Assembly: GCA_963677925.2 (NCBI GenBank)
Contig: CAXXYH010000004.1
Coordinates: forward strand, 1,600,001-1,664,000
DNA from: Spirochaetia bacterium
GTDB lineage: Bacteria > Spirochaetota > Spirochaetia > UBA9216
Direction of reading: 5' to 3'
Length of the DNA: 64,000 nt
Position 1 is the first letter of the stretch. The number at the start of each line of letters is the position of its first letter. The notes beneath the pieces were generated by a model. The model saw only the letters and a program-made list of their open reading frames with translations, was not told the origin of the DNA and did no database searches. Below are positions 38,479 through 48,809 of this stretch, in pieces. A program made the position numbers and the translations under genes.

Positions 38479-39744
38479 ATGAAAGAGAACTTAGCTAAAT
38501 CTTATGAGCTGGCAAAAGAGCAGTATGCCGAGCTTGGAGTTGATACACAGAAAGCAATGGAGAATCTTAAGAAGGTTCCTCTGTCCATACACTGCTGGCA
38601 GGGTGATGATGTAGGCGGATTCGAAACTCCCGATTCTTCGCTGTCAGGCGGCGGAATTCAGGTTACCGGAAATTATCCCGGAAAGGCGGGAAGCGTTGAA
38701 GAGCTGCGCAAAGATCTTGATAAGGTCTATTCAATGATTCCCGGAAATCACCGGCTCAATCTTCATGCAATCTACGGAGAGTTCGGCGGCAAAGTAGTAG
38801 ACCGCGATGAAATTGAACCTTCCCATTTCGAAGGCTGGATGAAATGGTCCTCAGATAACAAGATTCCGATGGATTTTAACGGAAGCTTTTTTTCTCATCC
38901 AAAGGCAGATGCGGGATTTACCCTGTCAAGCAAAGATCCTGATATCAGAAAGTTCTGGATCGAACATGCAAAACGAGTAAGGACTATATCTGCTGAATTC
39001 GGCAGGAATCAGGGTTCTCCCTGTATTGAAAACCTCTGGATTCCCGACGGCCACAAAGATATCCCTGTTGACAGAATTGGTTACCGCAGAATTCTTAAGG
39101 ATGCACTTGATGAGGTTTTCAGTGAAGACCTTCCTTCCGAATATATGAAAGATGCGGTTGAGACCAAACTTTTCGGTATCGGAAGCGAGGCCTTCGTTGT
39201 CGGTTCTCATGAATTTTATATGGGCTATGCCCTTCAGAATAATAAAATGCCCTGTTTTGATTTAGGTCACTTTCATCCGACTGAACTTATCGCGGATAAA
39301 ATATCATCAGCTCTGCTTTTTTCAGATGAGCTTCTGCTTCATGTAAGCCGGCCGATGAGATGGGACAGTGACCATGTGGTTATTTTCAATGATGACATAA
39401 GATACCTCACAGAGGAACTTGTCCGATCAAAGATGATAGACAGGGTTCACATCGGCCTTGATTTCTTCGATGCTACCCTCAACAGGATTGGAGCATGGAC
39501 AACTGGAGCAAGAGCCACCCTCAAGGGCCTGCTTGCCGCAATGCTTGAACCTACTGAAACTCTTATAAAGTATGAAGCCGAAGGGAATTACTACGGAAGA
39601 ATTGCCCTTCTAGAAAGGCTGAAAACAATGCCGGTAGGAGCTGTCTGGGATTATTACTGTGCCTCCGAGGGGGTTCCGACCGAAGCTGAAATCTTTACTG
39701 CTGTCAGTGAATATGAATCTTCCATTCTAAAAGGAAGGGCATAA
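38479..39744 (+). CDS. rhaA: L-rhamnose isomerase
   Basis: SIHCWQGDDVGGFE, RLNLHAIY, KLFGIGSE, DLGHFHPTE, RWDSDHV. Confidence 0.96.
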   Translation: MKENLAKSYELAKEQYAELGVDTQKAMENLKKVPLSIHCWQGDDVGGFETPDSSLSGGGIQVTGNYPGKAGSVEELRKDLDKVYSMIPGNHRLNLHAIYGEFGGKVVDRDEIEPSHFEGWMKWSSDNKIPMDFNGSFFSHPKADAGFTLSSKDPDIRKFWIEHAKRVRTISAEFGRNQGSPCIENLWIPDGHKDIPVDRIGYRRILKDALDEVFSEDLPSEYMKDAVETKLFGIGSEAFVVGSHEFYMGYALQNNKMPCFDLGHFHPTELIADKISSALLFSDELLLHVSRPMRWDSDHVVIFNDDIRYLTEELVRSKMIDRVHIGLDFFDATLNRIGAWTTGARATLKGLLAAMLEPTETLIKYEAEGNYYGRIALLERLKTMPVGAVWDYYCASEGVPTEAEIFTAVSEYESSILKGRA

Positions 39745-40862
39745 TGTTTAATGAGCTGCAGACAATAATTGATCTTTCAAGAAGTTACGGAAGCAATCCT
39801 GATTATGTTCTTGCAGGAGGAGGAAATACCTCGCTCAAGCATGATGGCACCCTCTATGTGAAGGCTTCAGGCTATCCCCTGGCAACTATAGGGGAGGAAG
39901 GTTTTGTAAAAATGAGCATGGATTCCCTGAATGCCATCTGGAACAAAAACTATCCGGATGAGGTAAAAGCGAGGGAGGCTGAGGTTCTTGCCGATATGAT
40001 GGCCGCAAGGCTTGAAGGTGAAACTGCACGGCCGAGTGTTGAGGCTCTGCTTCATTCGCTTATTAAGGGCAAATATGTCGTACACACCCATCCCGGTCTT
40101 ATAAACGGGCTGACCTGCGGGAAGGCCGGTGAAGCAATGACTGCTGAAATATTCGGAGACAGGGCGGTATGGGTTCCTTCCGTTAACCCGGGGTATATTC
40201 TTGCAAAGGAAATCCGTGACAGGATTGAGGCGGCTGTCTCGGCAGGAAAAGCCTATCCAGCAATACTAGTCCTGCAGAATCACGGCCTTTTTATATCCGG
40301 TGAATCAAAAGAACAGATAGACAGCATCCACAGTGAGGTTACAGCTGAGCTGAAGGCGAGACTGAAACGGACACCTGTAAGTCTTTCCGACACTGCAGAG
40401 ATAGCGGATGCGGCTCTTGTCGGTGCTTTTAAATCGGAGGCCGAAGCCGCGCTCGGCGGGGAGCTTTTTATAAAAACAGCGGTTAACCGCGATATTCTTG
40501 CTTTTGCCGAATCAGAAACAGCTTTTGATCCTCTCAGGCTTCCTTTCAATCCGGATCAAATCGTTTATTCCGGTCCAGGCCCGCTTAGGCTTGATAAGGT
40601 TACCGACTTCGGCTCTGTATATAAAAAATATATGGAGCGATGGAACCGTAAACCAGGGGGGGCGCTTGTTGCCGGAGAGGGGCTTTTTGCTTTCGATGTA
40701 ACTGAAAAAAAAGCCGAGTCTGCTCGATCTCTTGTTCTTGATTCTGCTGCAATTGCCGTCTATTCGGAATCCTTCGGAGGGCCTAAGCCCATGACCGAAG
40801 AACAGATAATTTTCATACGTGACTGGGAAGTTGAAAGCTACCGGGCCTCGGTTCAGAAATAA
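39744..40862 (+). CDS. Class II aldolase (rhamnulose-1-phosphate aldolase-like)
   Basis: GGGNTSLK, KASG, RPSVEALLH, HTHP, NPG, LQNHG. Confidence 0.82.
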   Translation: MFNELQTIIDLSRSYGSNPDYVLAGGGNTSLKHDGTLYVKASGYPLATIGEEGFVKMSMDSLNAIWNKNYPDEVKAREAEVLADMMAARLEGETARPSVEALLHSLIKGKYVVHTHPGLINGLTCGKAGEAMTAEIFGDRAVWVPSVNPGYILAKEIRDRIEAAVSAGKAYPAILVLQNHGLFISGESKEQIDSIHSEVTAELKARLKRTPVSLSDTAEIADAALVGAFKSEAEAALGGELFIKTAVNRDILAFAESETAFDPLRLPFNPDQIVYSGPGPLRLDKVTDFGSVYKKYMERWNRKPGGALVAGEGLFAFDVTEKKAESARSLVLDSAAIAVYSESFGGPKPMTEEQIIFIRDWEVESYRASVQK

Positions 40863-40879
40863 CAGGCCGTTCAAAAGCA

Positions 40880-40908
40880 GCTGCGGAAATATTTTCAGTT
40901 TCCGCAGC
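40880..40908 (+). terminator. Stem-loop after the aldolase gene
   Basis: GCTGCGGAAA/TTTCCGCAGC stem; no clear T-tract. Confidence 0.45.
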
Positions 40909-40969
40909 AGCTCATACTCATATAAATTATTGTTGCAGAGCCGAATATAACACAGTATGATCGAAATTA

Positions 40970-42883
40970 ATGAAAATCCGATATAAGCTCAGTATCCTGA
41001 TGGTACTCTATGTCGCAGGTATTGTTTCCTTTGCTATTCTTTCAGTATACAGCTGGAACCGGAATATGCAGATACAGGATTCGATAAACCTTGGTGTAGA
41101 GCTTCAGAAGGAGTCCCGGGAAGTAAAGAGTCTTATGAAAGATATTGTTTTCGATCTCTTTACTCCGAAGGTCTATGGACAGGTCCGATCACTGACTTAT
41201 TCTCCGCGTTCCGCTGTGACACTGAAGCAATGGCAGGAAGCTGTTCTCAAGTATAAAAAAACCTTCTCGGATTTCATGGGGCTTTCTGATCTGGTTAAAT
41301 CGGATGATGAGGTAATACGCGATCAGTATTTTACCGCTCTCATGATGAATGACAAGGCAATGGAGATGCTTGATAAGATGGAAAGCACTCTTTTCATTCT
41401 CCGTGAAAAATACCGGACCTCAGACAATCTTTACAATGAAATGCAGAAGAATGATTCACTCAATTCATTTTTCAGGGAATTTCAGGAAACCTCATATTAT
41501 TTTACCAACAGCTTTGAGAGTTTTATGAATTACTTCATTAAAACCCTTGAAGAGGAGGGGGCCCGTCTAAGGCGGGGGCTTACTACTTTTTTTATTGTCT
41601 CGGCTGTGCTGATCCTCTGTGTTTCCGTATTTCTGACACTATATATTGCAAGAGATCTGAGTCGAAAGCTGCTGAAGGTAGAGCAGTCGTTCCGGCAGGT
41701 TTCCCACGGAAACTTTTCAGTTCGTATAGATATCAGTTCCAAAGATGAGTTCGGGGCGTTTGCAACCACTTTTACCAATCTTGTCACGGATCTCAAAGAA
41801 AATGTAGACAGTATTCTTAATCTGACCAGAGATATAGGAGCCTTTATTACCGACGGCTCCGATCTTACAAATCTTCTTGATATTGTAGCCCAGGCTGTTA
41901 TTCAGGACACAACTGCAGATGCAGTTGTAATTTACCGTTTTGACCATGACGGAGCAGCAAGCCTTGATCTAAGCAAGGGGGCAGAGCAGAATGAAAAAGA
42001 TCTGGAGAAGATGCTTGGAATAATAAACCGGAGAATTATAAGACCCAACAGTCATTTTCTGTACAGGTCTGCAGCCGCACAGGTTTTCGATGACAGGTCT
42101 GTTCTTGATATGGAACTGGTAACCTCATTTCTTGCGGTACCGCTTGTTGTTCAGGGGCGGACTTTCGGGCTGCTGGTTTCTGTTAAGAATTCCGAGGATG
42201 ACCCGTTTTCCGATCTTGGTATCACAAGGCTTATGACATTTGCCGAATATGCCTCCCTGTCTATTGAAAATTTTCTTACATACAACGAGCTGCTTGAAAG
42301 ACGCGAGGCTCAGTACCAGGCCTTAAGCTCACAGGTTCAGCCGCATTTTATCTACAATGTCATGAGCGGGATTCTCGGGCTGAACAGCCGGGGTGATCGT
42401 GAGGCCATCCGCCGTACCATTGAAGCTCTTAAAGGGATGCTTCGCTACATACAGTCGGGCAACAGCTGGACATCTCTTGAGGAGGAGATTGATTTTATAA
42501 GACAGTATCTGCTTCTTCAGAAGATACGCTTCGGCGAGCGTCTTGATTTTGAGATTGATATAGATGATGAAATCAGGCATCTTCAGCTTCCCAGGCTTCT
42601 TCTTCAGCCTGTTGTTGAGAACGCGGTAATCCATGGCATTGAACCGCTTGAAGAGGGAGGTAAGCTTTTCATATATGCAAAAGCCGTCCGTCGCCGCGGT
42701 GAAATGCGGGCTGATATTACTATCAGTGATAACGGTACAGGCTTTATGGTGGAAAATCTTGAAACCGGAGCGAATATCGGTATAAGCAATGTAAGGCAGC
42801 GGCTCAATGTTGTTTTTCCTGAAGGCACATTCAGAATTCAAAGCAGTCCGGGGGCGGGAACTTCAGTGGAGCTGAAGATATGA
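40970..42883 (+). CDS. YesM/LytS-like sensor histidine kinase (2 TM, HAMP, GAF-like domain)
   Basis: DEFG HAMP motif, SFLAVPL..QGRTFG GAF-like segment, QVQPHFIYN, QPVVENAVIHG, DNGTG, IGISNV. Confidence 0.9.
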   Translation: MKIRYKLSILMVLYVAGIVSFAILSVYSWNRNMQIQDSINLGVELQKESREVKSLMKDIVFDLFTPKVYGQVRSLTYSPRSAVTLKQWQEAVLKYKKTFSDFMGLSDLVKSDDEVIRDQYFTALMMNDKAMEMLDKMESTLFILREKYRTSDNLYNEMQKNDSLNSFFREFQETSYYFTNSFESFMNYFIKTLEEEGARLRRGLTTFFIVSAVLILCVSVFLTLYIARDLSRKLLKVEQSFRQVSHGNFSVRIDISSKDEFGAFATTFTNLVTDLKENVDSILNLTRDIGAFITDGSDLTNLLDIVAQAVIQDTTADAVVIYRFDHDGAASLDLSKGAEQNEKDLEKMLGIINRRIIRPNSHFLYRSAAAQVFDDRSVLDMELVTSFLAVPLVVQGRTFGLLVSVKNSEDDPFSDLGITRLMTFAEYASLSIENFLTYNELLERREAQYQALSSQVQPHFIYNVMSGILGLNSRGDREAIRRTIEALKGMLRYIQSGNSWTSLEEEIDFIRQYLLLQKIRFGERLDFEIDIDDEIRHLQLPRLLLQPVVENAVIHGIEPLEEGGKLFIYAKAVRRRGEMRADITISDNGTGFMVENLETGANIGISNVRQRLNVVFPEGTFRIQSSPGAGTSVELKI

Positions 42884-44097
42884 AAATACTCATAGCTGAT
42901 GATGAAGAGCTTGTAAGGCTTGATATCAGAAATCAGCTTCTTGAAATTGAACCCGGATATGAAATTCATGAGGCTGTAAACGGGCGGGAGCTGATTCGCC
43001 TTGTAGATGAAATAAACCCCGATCTTTGCTTCGTCGATATCAGGATGCCCGGGATCTCGGGACTTGAAGCCATCGAGACCATCAGTGCGCAAAAGAAGGA
43101 TATCCTCTGGATAATACTCAGCGGATATTCAGAGTTTCAGTATGCAAGAAAAGCCATAAACCTGGGGGTTATGGATTATCTGCTTAAACCCGCGGCTGCA
43201 TCGGAATTGAAAGCTGTTATGATCAGAGCCGGGGAGAGGATAGAGCAGATTAAGGCAACACGGCTGCAGCTTTTTGAACAGAAGGTTTCCGCCGTCCTTA
43301 ATAATACACTTTCTGAAGAATTCGATACCTACTTTAACGGCACCGGTAGATTTTCCGGAATGGTTTTCTGCCTGTCCGCTTCCGATCAGCAGCCTTCGGC
43401 GGAAATATTCAACATGAAATTTTCAGAACTTAGAAGCGATATTTATAAAATTGATCACAGGCACCTCATTGCTGTAGTTGTGCTCCAGGATGGCAGTCCG
43501 GCTCTTATAACAAGCGGTGCTGATCCTGAAAGGCTTGTAAAAACAATTGCCGGAAAGCTGGAGGATACGGACGCATTTTTCCATTCCATGGTTTTAATTC
43601 CGGAAAACGAATCACTTGCAGGCCTGATTGCCGACATCGAAAAGATTGATGATTACTCCTCAGTAGAGGTGCTGCTCAGCGGACAGAGAATCTATTCTCT
43701 CGGTGAACTTATTTATGCCGGAGAGTCAAAACCTTCCGTATCGGCTGCTCCGGCGGATACTGCCGAAATAAGCGACAGATCGGTCCGCCTGGTCAGGCAG
43801 GCTGAGGTTCTTGTACGTGAGAAGTATATGGAAGCTGTCGGTGTAGCTCAAATTGCAGATCTTTTGAATGTGACACCCAACTATTTAAGCTCGATATTTA
43901 AAAAACACAAGGCCATGCCGTTTACCAGGTTTATAACCGACATCCGTCTGGAAGAGGCTTCCAGAAAGCTCAGCGAACCGGGAGTTACTGTAAAAGAAGT
44001 CGCAACCGGTCTGGGATATCAGTCAAGCAGGCATTTCGCGCGGCTGTTTAAGGAAAAATACGGGAAATCTCCGTCTGATTTTATTGCAGGATCGTAG
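42880..44097 (+). CDS. YesN-like response regulator (REC + AraC HTH)
   Basis: ILIADDE, VDIRMP, DYLLKP; C-terminal GYQSSRHFARLFK. Confidence 0.9.
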   Translation: MKILIADDEELVRLDIRNQLLEIEPGYEIHEAVNGRELIRLVDEINPDLCFVDIRMPGISGLEAIETISAQKKDILWIILSGYSEFQYARKAINLGVMDYLLKPAAASELKAVMIRAGERIEQIKATRLQLFEQKVSAVLNNTLSEEFDTYFNGTGRFSGMVFCLSASDQQPSAEIFNMKFSELRSDIYKIDHRHLIAVVVLQDGSPALITSGADPERLVKTIAGKLEDTDAFFHSMVLIPENESLAGLIADIEKIDDYSSVEVLLSGQRIYSLGELIYAGESKPSVSAAPADTAEISDRSVRLVRQAEVLVREKYMEAVGVAQIADLLNVTPNYLSSIFKKHKAMPFTRFITDIRLEEASRKLSEPGVTVKEVATGLGYQSSRHFARLFKEKYGKSPSDFIAGS

Positions 44098-44157
44098 ATT
44101 TAGATCCCTTTTCGTAGATTACCGTCCTAACACATACACGATCATCAGGTTTAAAAT
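44092..44157 (+). promoter_or_regulatory. Activator-dependent promoter of the rhamnose ABC operon
   Basis: TCGTAGATT-N4-TCC at 44092 and 44112 (20-bp period); TAAAAT -10 at 44152; no consensus -35. Confidence 0.6.
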
Positions 44158-44194
44158 TATTAATAAATACTTATAGAGGTTAAAGGAGAGTATT

Positions 44195-45211
44195 ATGAAA
44201 AAACTGCTTGTACTTTTGACAGTTTTTGCTCTGGTGAGCGGTCTTGCCTTCGCAGGCGGACAGAAAGAAGCAGCTGCCGGCGGCGAACAGCTTAAGCTTG
44301 TTCTGCTTGTTAAGAGTCTTGGAAACGGATTCTTCGAAGCATGTGCAGACGGCGGAAAGGAAGCCGCAGCAGAACTCGGAAATGTTGAATCAATTTATAT
44401 GGGACCAAGTTCAGCTACTGCTGAAGGCCAGATTGATATTATTGAAACCCTGATTGCTCAGAAGGTTGACGGTATAGCTATCTCAGCTAATGATGCTGAT
44501 GCGCTCATTCCTGTTGCAAAAAAAGCAATGAAAGCAGGAATCAAGGTTATTTCTTTTGACTCCGGTATCAATCCCGGCGGAAGAATTGCAGACCTCGTAC
44601 CTTCAGTTACAGAACTCATCGGAAGACAGCAGGTTAAACTTATTGCTGAACTCTGTGATTACAAGGGTGACATAGGTATAGTTTCAGCTACCTCACAGGC
44701 TACAAACCAGAATGCATGGATTGAATGGATGTACGAAGAAGTCAAAAAACCGGAATACAAAGACATGAAAATTGTTGAAGTAGTGTACGGTGATGATGCT
44801 GCAGATAAGAGCTACAGAGAAGCTGTAGGCCTCATGCAGAAATATCCCAACCTTGCAGGTATAATTTCTCCGACAACCGTTGGTGTTCTTGCATCAGCAA
44901 AGGCTATTGAAGATGAAGGAAAGCAGGGCAAGGTTCAGCTTACCGGTCTTGGTCTTCCTTCAGAAATGCAGCACTACGTAGAAAACGGAACCTGCGGTCA
45001 GATGGCTCTCTGGAATCCGGTAGATCTCGGTTATACATCAACCTATATTCTTGAAGCTCTTGCTACCGGCAAGATTGAGGGTAACCCCGGTGATGTAGTT
45101 AAGGCCGGAAGAATGGGTGACATAACAATCGGTGAAAACGGTGTTACAGTTATGGGCGAACCCTTCGTATTCAACAAGGACAACATAGCCACATATGCGG
45201 CAATGTTCTAA
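44195..45211 (+). CDS. rhaS: L-rhamnose ABC substrate-binding protein
   Basis: LVKSLGNGFF, ATNQNAW, YGDDAADKSY, IISPTTVG, LWNPVDLG (rhizobial-type RhaS SBP). Confidence 0.88.
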   Translation: MKKLLVLLTVFALVSGLAFAGGQKEAAAGGEQLKLVLLVKSLGNGFFEACADGGKEAAAELGNVESIYMGPSSATAEGQIDIIETLIAQKVDGIAISANDADALIPVAKKAMKAGIKVISFDSGINPGGRIADLVPSVTELIGRQQVKLIAELCDYKGDIGIVSATSQATNQNAWIEWMYEEVKKPEYKDMKIVEVVYGDDAADKSYREAVGLMQKYPNLAGIISPTTVGVLASAKAIEDEGKQGKVQLTGLGLPSEMQHYVENGTCGQMALWNPVDLGYTSTYILEALATGKIEGNPGDVVKAGRMGDITIGENGVTVMGEPFVFNKDNIATYAAMF

Positions 45212-45230
45212 ACACAATCAATAATTTAAT

Positions 45231-45262
45231 GAAGCAGACCTTAAAAGGGTCTGCTTCTTTTT
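45231..45262 (+). terminator. Intra-operon stem-loop after the SBP gene
   Basis: GAAGCAGACC/GGTCTGCTTC stem followed by a T-tract. Confidence 0.65.
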
Positions 45263-45276
45263 CTAAGGAGTTTCAG

Positions 45277-46788
45277 TTGGGTGAATCTATTTTAGAACTC
45301 AGAAACATCACAAAATATTTTCCCGGAATCAAAGCGCTGGACGGTGTTAATCTTAATATACGTCCCGGAGAGGTTCATGCACTTATCGGAGAGAACGGTG
45401 CAGGCAAATCCACCCTTGTAAAGATTCTGACAGGAGTCTATTCTCCGACATCCGGAGATATTATCTACAAAGGCGAACCCGCTGCTTTTAAAAATGCAAT
45501 TGAAGCTCAGGAAGCAGGCATTACCGCCATTCATCAGGAAGCCTCAATGTTTTCAGAACTTTCCGTTACAGAAAACATCTATATGGGGCATCATTTACGG
45601 GGCAGGGGCATCGGAAAGATAAACTGGTCCGCAATGAAGAAGAATACCAAGGCCCTTCTGGATCGGATGGAGCTTAATATAAATCCTGACACACTCGTAA
45701 AGAATCTGGGAACTGCTCAGAGGCATATGGTTGAAATAGCAAAGGCGCTGTCAATCGATGCTGAAGTCGTTATCATGGATGAACCAACTTCAGCACTGAC
45801 CCTCAGAGAAGTTGAAGACCTTTACAAGATTGTCAGGCAGCTTAAGGCCGACGGGAAGGCAATAATTTTTATTTCCCACAAGTTTGAAGAGATTTTTGAT
45901 GTCTGTGATTATTTTACTGTTCTGCGGGACGGGCGCTATATCGGTGAAGGTAAGGTTTCGGAGCACACAGTAGATGATATTGTAAAGATGATGGTCGGTC
46001 GAAGCCTTGATCAGATGTTTCCGAAGAAGGATGTTGAACCCGGTGAAGAGGTTCTCAAGGTTGACGGGCTCTCAAATGAGGGTGTTTTCAAAGATATTTC
46101 GTTCAGCCTCAGGAAGGGAGAAATCCTCGGCTTTTTCGGTCTTGTCGGCGCAGGCCGGACCGAAGTAATGCGGGCCATTTTCGGTATCGATAAAAAGACA
46201 GGCGGAGAAATTACCCTGTTCGGTCAGAAATTCAATCCCGGTTCAGCCGGTGACGCAATGAAGAAAAAAATAGCCTATGTACCGGAAGACCGTCAGACTC
46301 AGGGTGTTATCCTTGAGATGAGCATAGGCAAGAATATAACACTTCCCCAGATAGATATGATAAGCACTCTCGGCTACCTCAAATCTTCGACAGAAAAGCA
46401 GATAACACAGGAATACGGCAGCATGATGGAAATAAAGGCAGCCGGATGGAATGTGGATGCTGATACTCTCTCCGGAGGAAACCAGCAGAAGGTTGTTCTT
46501 GCCAAATGGCTTGCAACAAAACCGCAGATTCTTATCCTCGATGAACCTACAAAGGGTATTGATGTGGCCACGAAAGCTGCCGTGCATAAATTTGTGTCCG
46601 AGCTGGCAGCTGAGGGACTGGCGGTAATCATGGTTTCATCGGAACTTCCGGAGGTCCTCGGTATGTCGGACAGGATTATCGTCATGCATGAGGGTGAAAT
46701 GACCGCCGAGTTTAAACGTGATGAAGCTGATTCCGACAACATAATCAAGGCCGCTACCGGTCATATTGAAGCCGGAGGAGAGAAATGA
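45277..46788 (+). CDS. Rhamnose ABC ATPase
   Basis: GENGAGKST, LSGGNQQK, DEPTKGIDV; TTG start after AAGGAG. Confidence 0.92.
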   Translation: MGESILELRNITKYFPGIKALDGVNLNIRPGEVHALIGENGAGKSTLVKILTGVYSPTSGDIIYKGEPAAFKNAIEAQEAGITAIHQEASMFSELSVTENIYMGHHLRGRGIGKINWSAMKKNTKALLDRMELNINPDTLVKNLGTAQRHMVEIAKALSIDAEVVIMDEPTSALTLREVEDLYKIVRQLKADGKAIIFISHKFEEIFDVCDYFTVLRDGRYIGEGKVSEHTVDDIVKMMVGRSLDQMFPKKDVEPGEEVLKVDGLSNEGVFKDISFSLRKGEILGFFGLVGAGRTEVMRAIFGIDKKTGGEITLFGQKFNPGSAGDAMKKKIAYVPEDRQTQGVILEMSIGKNITLPQIDMISTLGYLKSSTEKQITQEYGSMMEIKAAGWNVDADTLSGGNQQKVVLAKWLATKPQILILDEPTKGIDVATKAAVHKFVSELAAEGLAVIMVSSELPEVLGMSDRIIVMHEGEMTAEFKRDEADSDNIIKAATGHIEAGGEK

Positions 46789-47768
46789 CAAAGATTAAAC
46801 AGCTGGCAGCCAGGCGTGAAGCCACTCTGATCGTTCTGATTGTGCTGCTCACTATTATCGTAACAGCCAGGGCCCCAGGATTTATCAAGGGCGAGAATAT
46901 AAACAGGATTATCAATGATACCTCGATCCTGATCATGGTTGCCATAGGTCAGTTTTTTGTAATACTTACAGGCGGTATCGATCTTTCAGTAGGGTCAATA
47001 ATTGCCTTTGCAGGTATGGCAGCTTCCATGCTCAACCAGTATTACCCGGCCGTCCCGGTTTTTGTCGTACTGCTTTTCGGAACAGTAATAGGACTGGGAC
47101 TCGGCGCAATCAACGGAGCAGTAGTTACCTTCGGCAAGGTTCCGCCAATTATTGCAACCCTGGGCACAATGAGTATATACCGCGGATTCACTTTTGTTCT
47201 CAGCCGCGGCCAGTGGGTTACAGCCCATGAGATGTCTGAAAACTACATGGCTCTTCCTCACGGAAGCTTTCTGGGTATTACCAACCTGATATGGTCCGCA
47301 ATTATTGTAGTCGCCATTACATATTACTTCAGCAGATACTCACGCTCAGGCCGCGAAATATATGCAATCGGCGGAAACAAGACCGCTGCAAAGTTTGTCG
47401 GTGTAAGCGTGAAAAAGGTGAACATGATCATTTTCTCCATCAGCGGCCTTCTCTGCGGGCTTGCCGGGGTAATGTGGACGTCAAGATATGCCGCGGCTGT
47501 GAATGAAACTGCAAGCGGTTTTGAGCTTCAGACTGTAGCCGCCTGTGTTCTCGGCGGTGTAAATATTGCCGGAGGCGCCGGCGCCATTCCCGGAGTTGTT
47601 CTCGGTGCTCTTTTCCTGGGAATTATCAACAATGCGCTTCCGGTAGTTAACCTGTCGCCTTTCTTTCAGATGTTGATACAGGGTGTTGTTGTTCTTGCTG
47701 CAATGCTTATCAATACTTTAATGGACCAGAAGCAGGATAAGGCAGCATTGAAAAGGAGAGCAAGCTGA
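46785..47768 (+). CDS. Rhamnose ABC permease 1
   Basis: [30 protein letters not shown]. Confidence 0.9.
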   Translation: MTKIKQLAARREATLIVLIVLLTIIVTARAPGFIKGENINRIINDTSILIMVAIGQFFVILTGGIDLSVGSIIAFAGMAASMLNQYYPAVPVFVVLLFGTVIGLGLGAINGAVVTFGKVPPIIATLGTMSIYRGFTFVLSRGQWVTAHEMSENYMALPHGSFLGITNLIWSAIIVVAITYYFSRYSRSGREIYAIGGNKTAAKFVGVSVKKVNMIIFSISGLLCGLAGVMWTSRYAAAVNETASGFELQTVAACVLGGVNIAGGAGAIPGVVLGALFLGIINNALPVVNLSPFFQMLIQGVVVLAAMLINTLMDQKQDKAALKRRAS

Positions 47769-48808
47769 TGAGTGACAGAAACAGCCTTGTAGACGGCTCA
47801 AGATTAATTAACGAAAACAGCCTTAAAAGCCGTCTCGGCAATCTTATAGTACAGTGGGAATTTATACTGGTTATAATGTTTATAGCTGAAGTTATCCTCT
47901 TCAGCAGTATAACCCCATATTTTCTTGATTATTTCAACCTGATGAATGCCACATTCACTTTTATGGAAAAAGCAATTCTGGCGCTTCCGATGATCTTTGT
48001 AATTATGTCAGGTGATATTGATATTTCGGTTGCAGCCATCATAGCCCTGTGTTCTTTTGCAATGGGCTTCGGAGCCGACGCAGGGATGAGTGCCGGAACA
48101 ATAACTGTTATCGGTCTTCTTGTAGGTGCTCTTTCCGGAGCCTTCAACGGCTTTTTCATCACAAGATTCGGAATGCCGGCGATTGCGGTAACCCTTGCAA
48201 CATCCTCGCTTTTCAGGGGGATCTCGCAGGCAATACTGGAAGACAAAGCTTACACTGTATACCCCGAATCCTTCGCATACTTCGGACAGGGCTATGTAGG
48301 CGACAGTCTGGTCCCCTTTGAGCTGCTTCTATTTATAATTCTCGCCGCAGTAATGGGTTATGTTCTTCATAAGACTACCTACGGTAGAAAGCTGTACGCG
48401 ATTGGAAACTCAAGTTCAGCCGCCAGGTTTTCAGGCATAAAGGTAAACCGGATTCGTTTTATCAATTTTACACTCAACGGACTTTTTGCAGGAATTTCTG
48501 CTGTTCTTCTTACTTCGAGAATAGGCAGTACAAGGCCAAATATCGCCACCGGTTTTGAGCTGGAGGCAATTGCCCTTGTAGTTCTGGGCGGTGTTGCAAT
48601 TACCGGAGGAAAGGGAAATATCTTCGGTGTTATAGTGGCCACCTTCTTTATCGGATACCTGAAGTTCGGTATGGGGCTGCTGAATCTTTCGGCCAAGGTG
48701 ATGATAATTACAACCGGTCTCCTGCTGATTATTGCTGTACTTCTTCCCGGAGTTCTTGATGCAATTAAGAGCAGAAGGAAGCTTCTGCGACAGCAGAAGG
48801 AGGACTGA
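47768..48808 (+). CDS. Rhamnose ABC permease 2
   Basis: DIDISVA, YAIGN, FELEAIA.VVLGGV. Confidence 0.9.
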   Translation: MSDRNSLVDGSRLINENSLKSRLGNLIVQWEFILVIMFIAEVILFSSITPYFLDYFNLMNATFTFMEKAILALPMIFVIMSGDIDISVAAIIALCSFAMGFGADAGMSAGTITVIGLLVGALSGAFNGFFITRFGMPAIAVTLATSSLFRGISQAILEDKAYTVYPESFAYFGQGYVGDSLVPFELLLFIILAAVMGYVLHKTTYGRKLYAIGNSSSAARFSGIKVNRIRFINFTLNGLFAGISAVLLTSRIGSTRPNIATGFELEAIALVVLGGVAITGGKGNIFGVIVATFFIGYLKFGMGLLNLSAKVMIITTGLLLIIAVLLPGVLDAIKSRRKLLRQQKED

Positions 48809-48809
48809 T

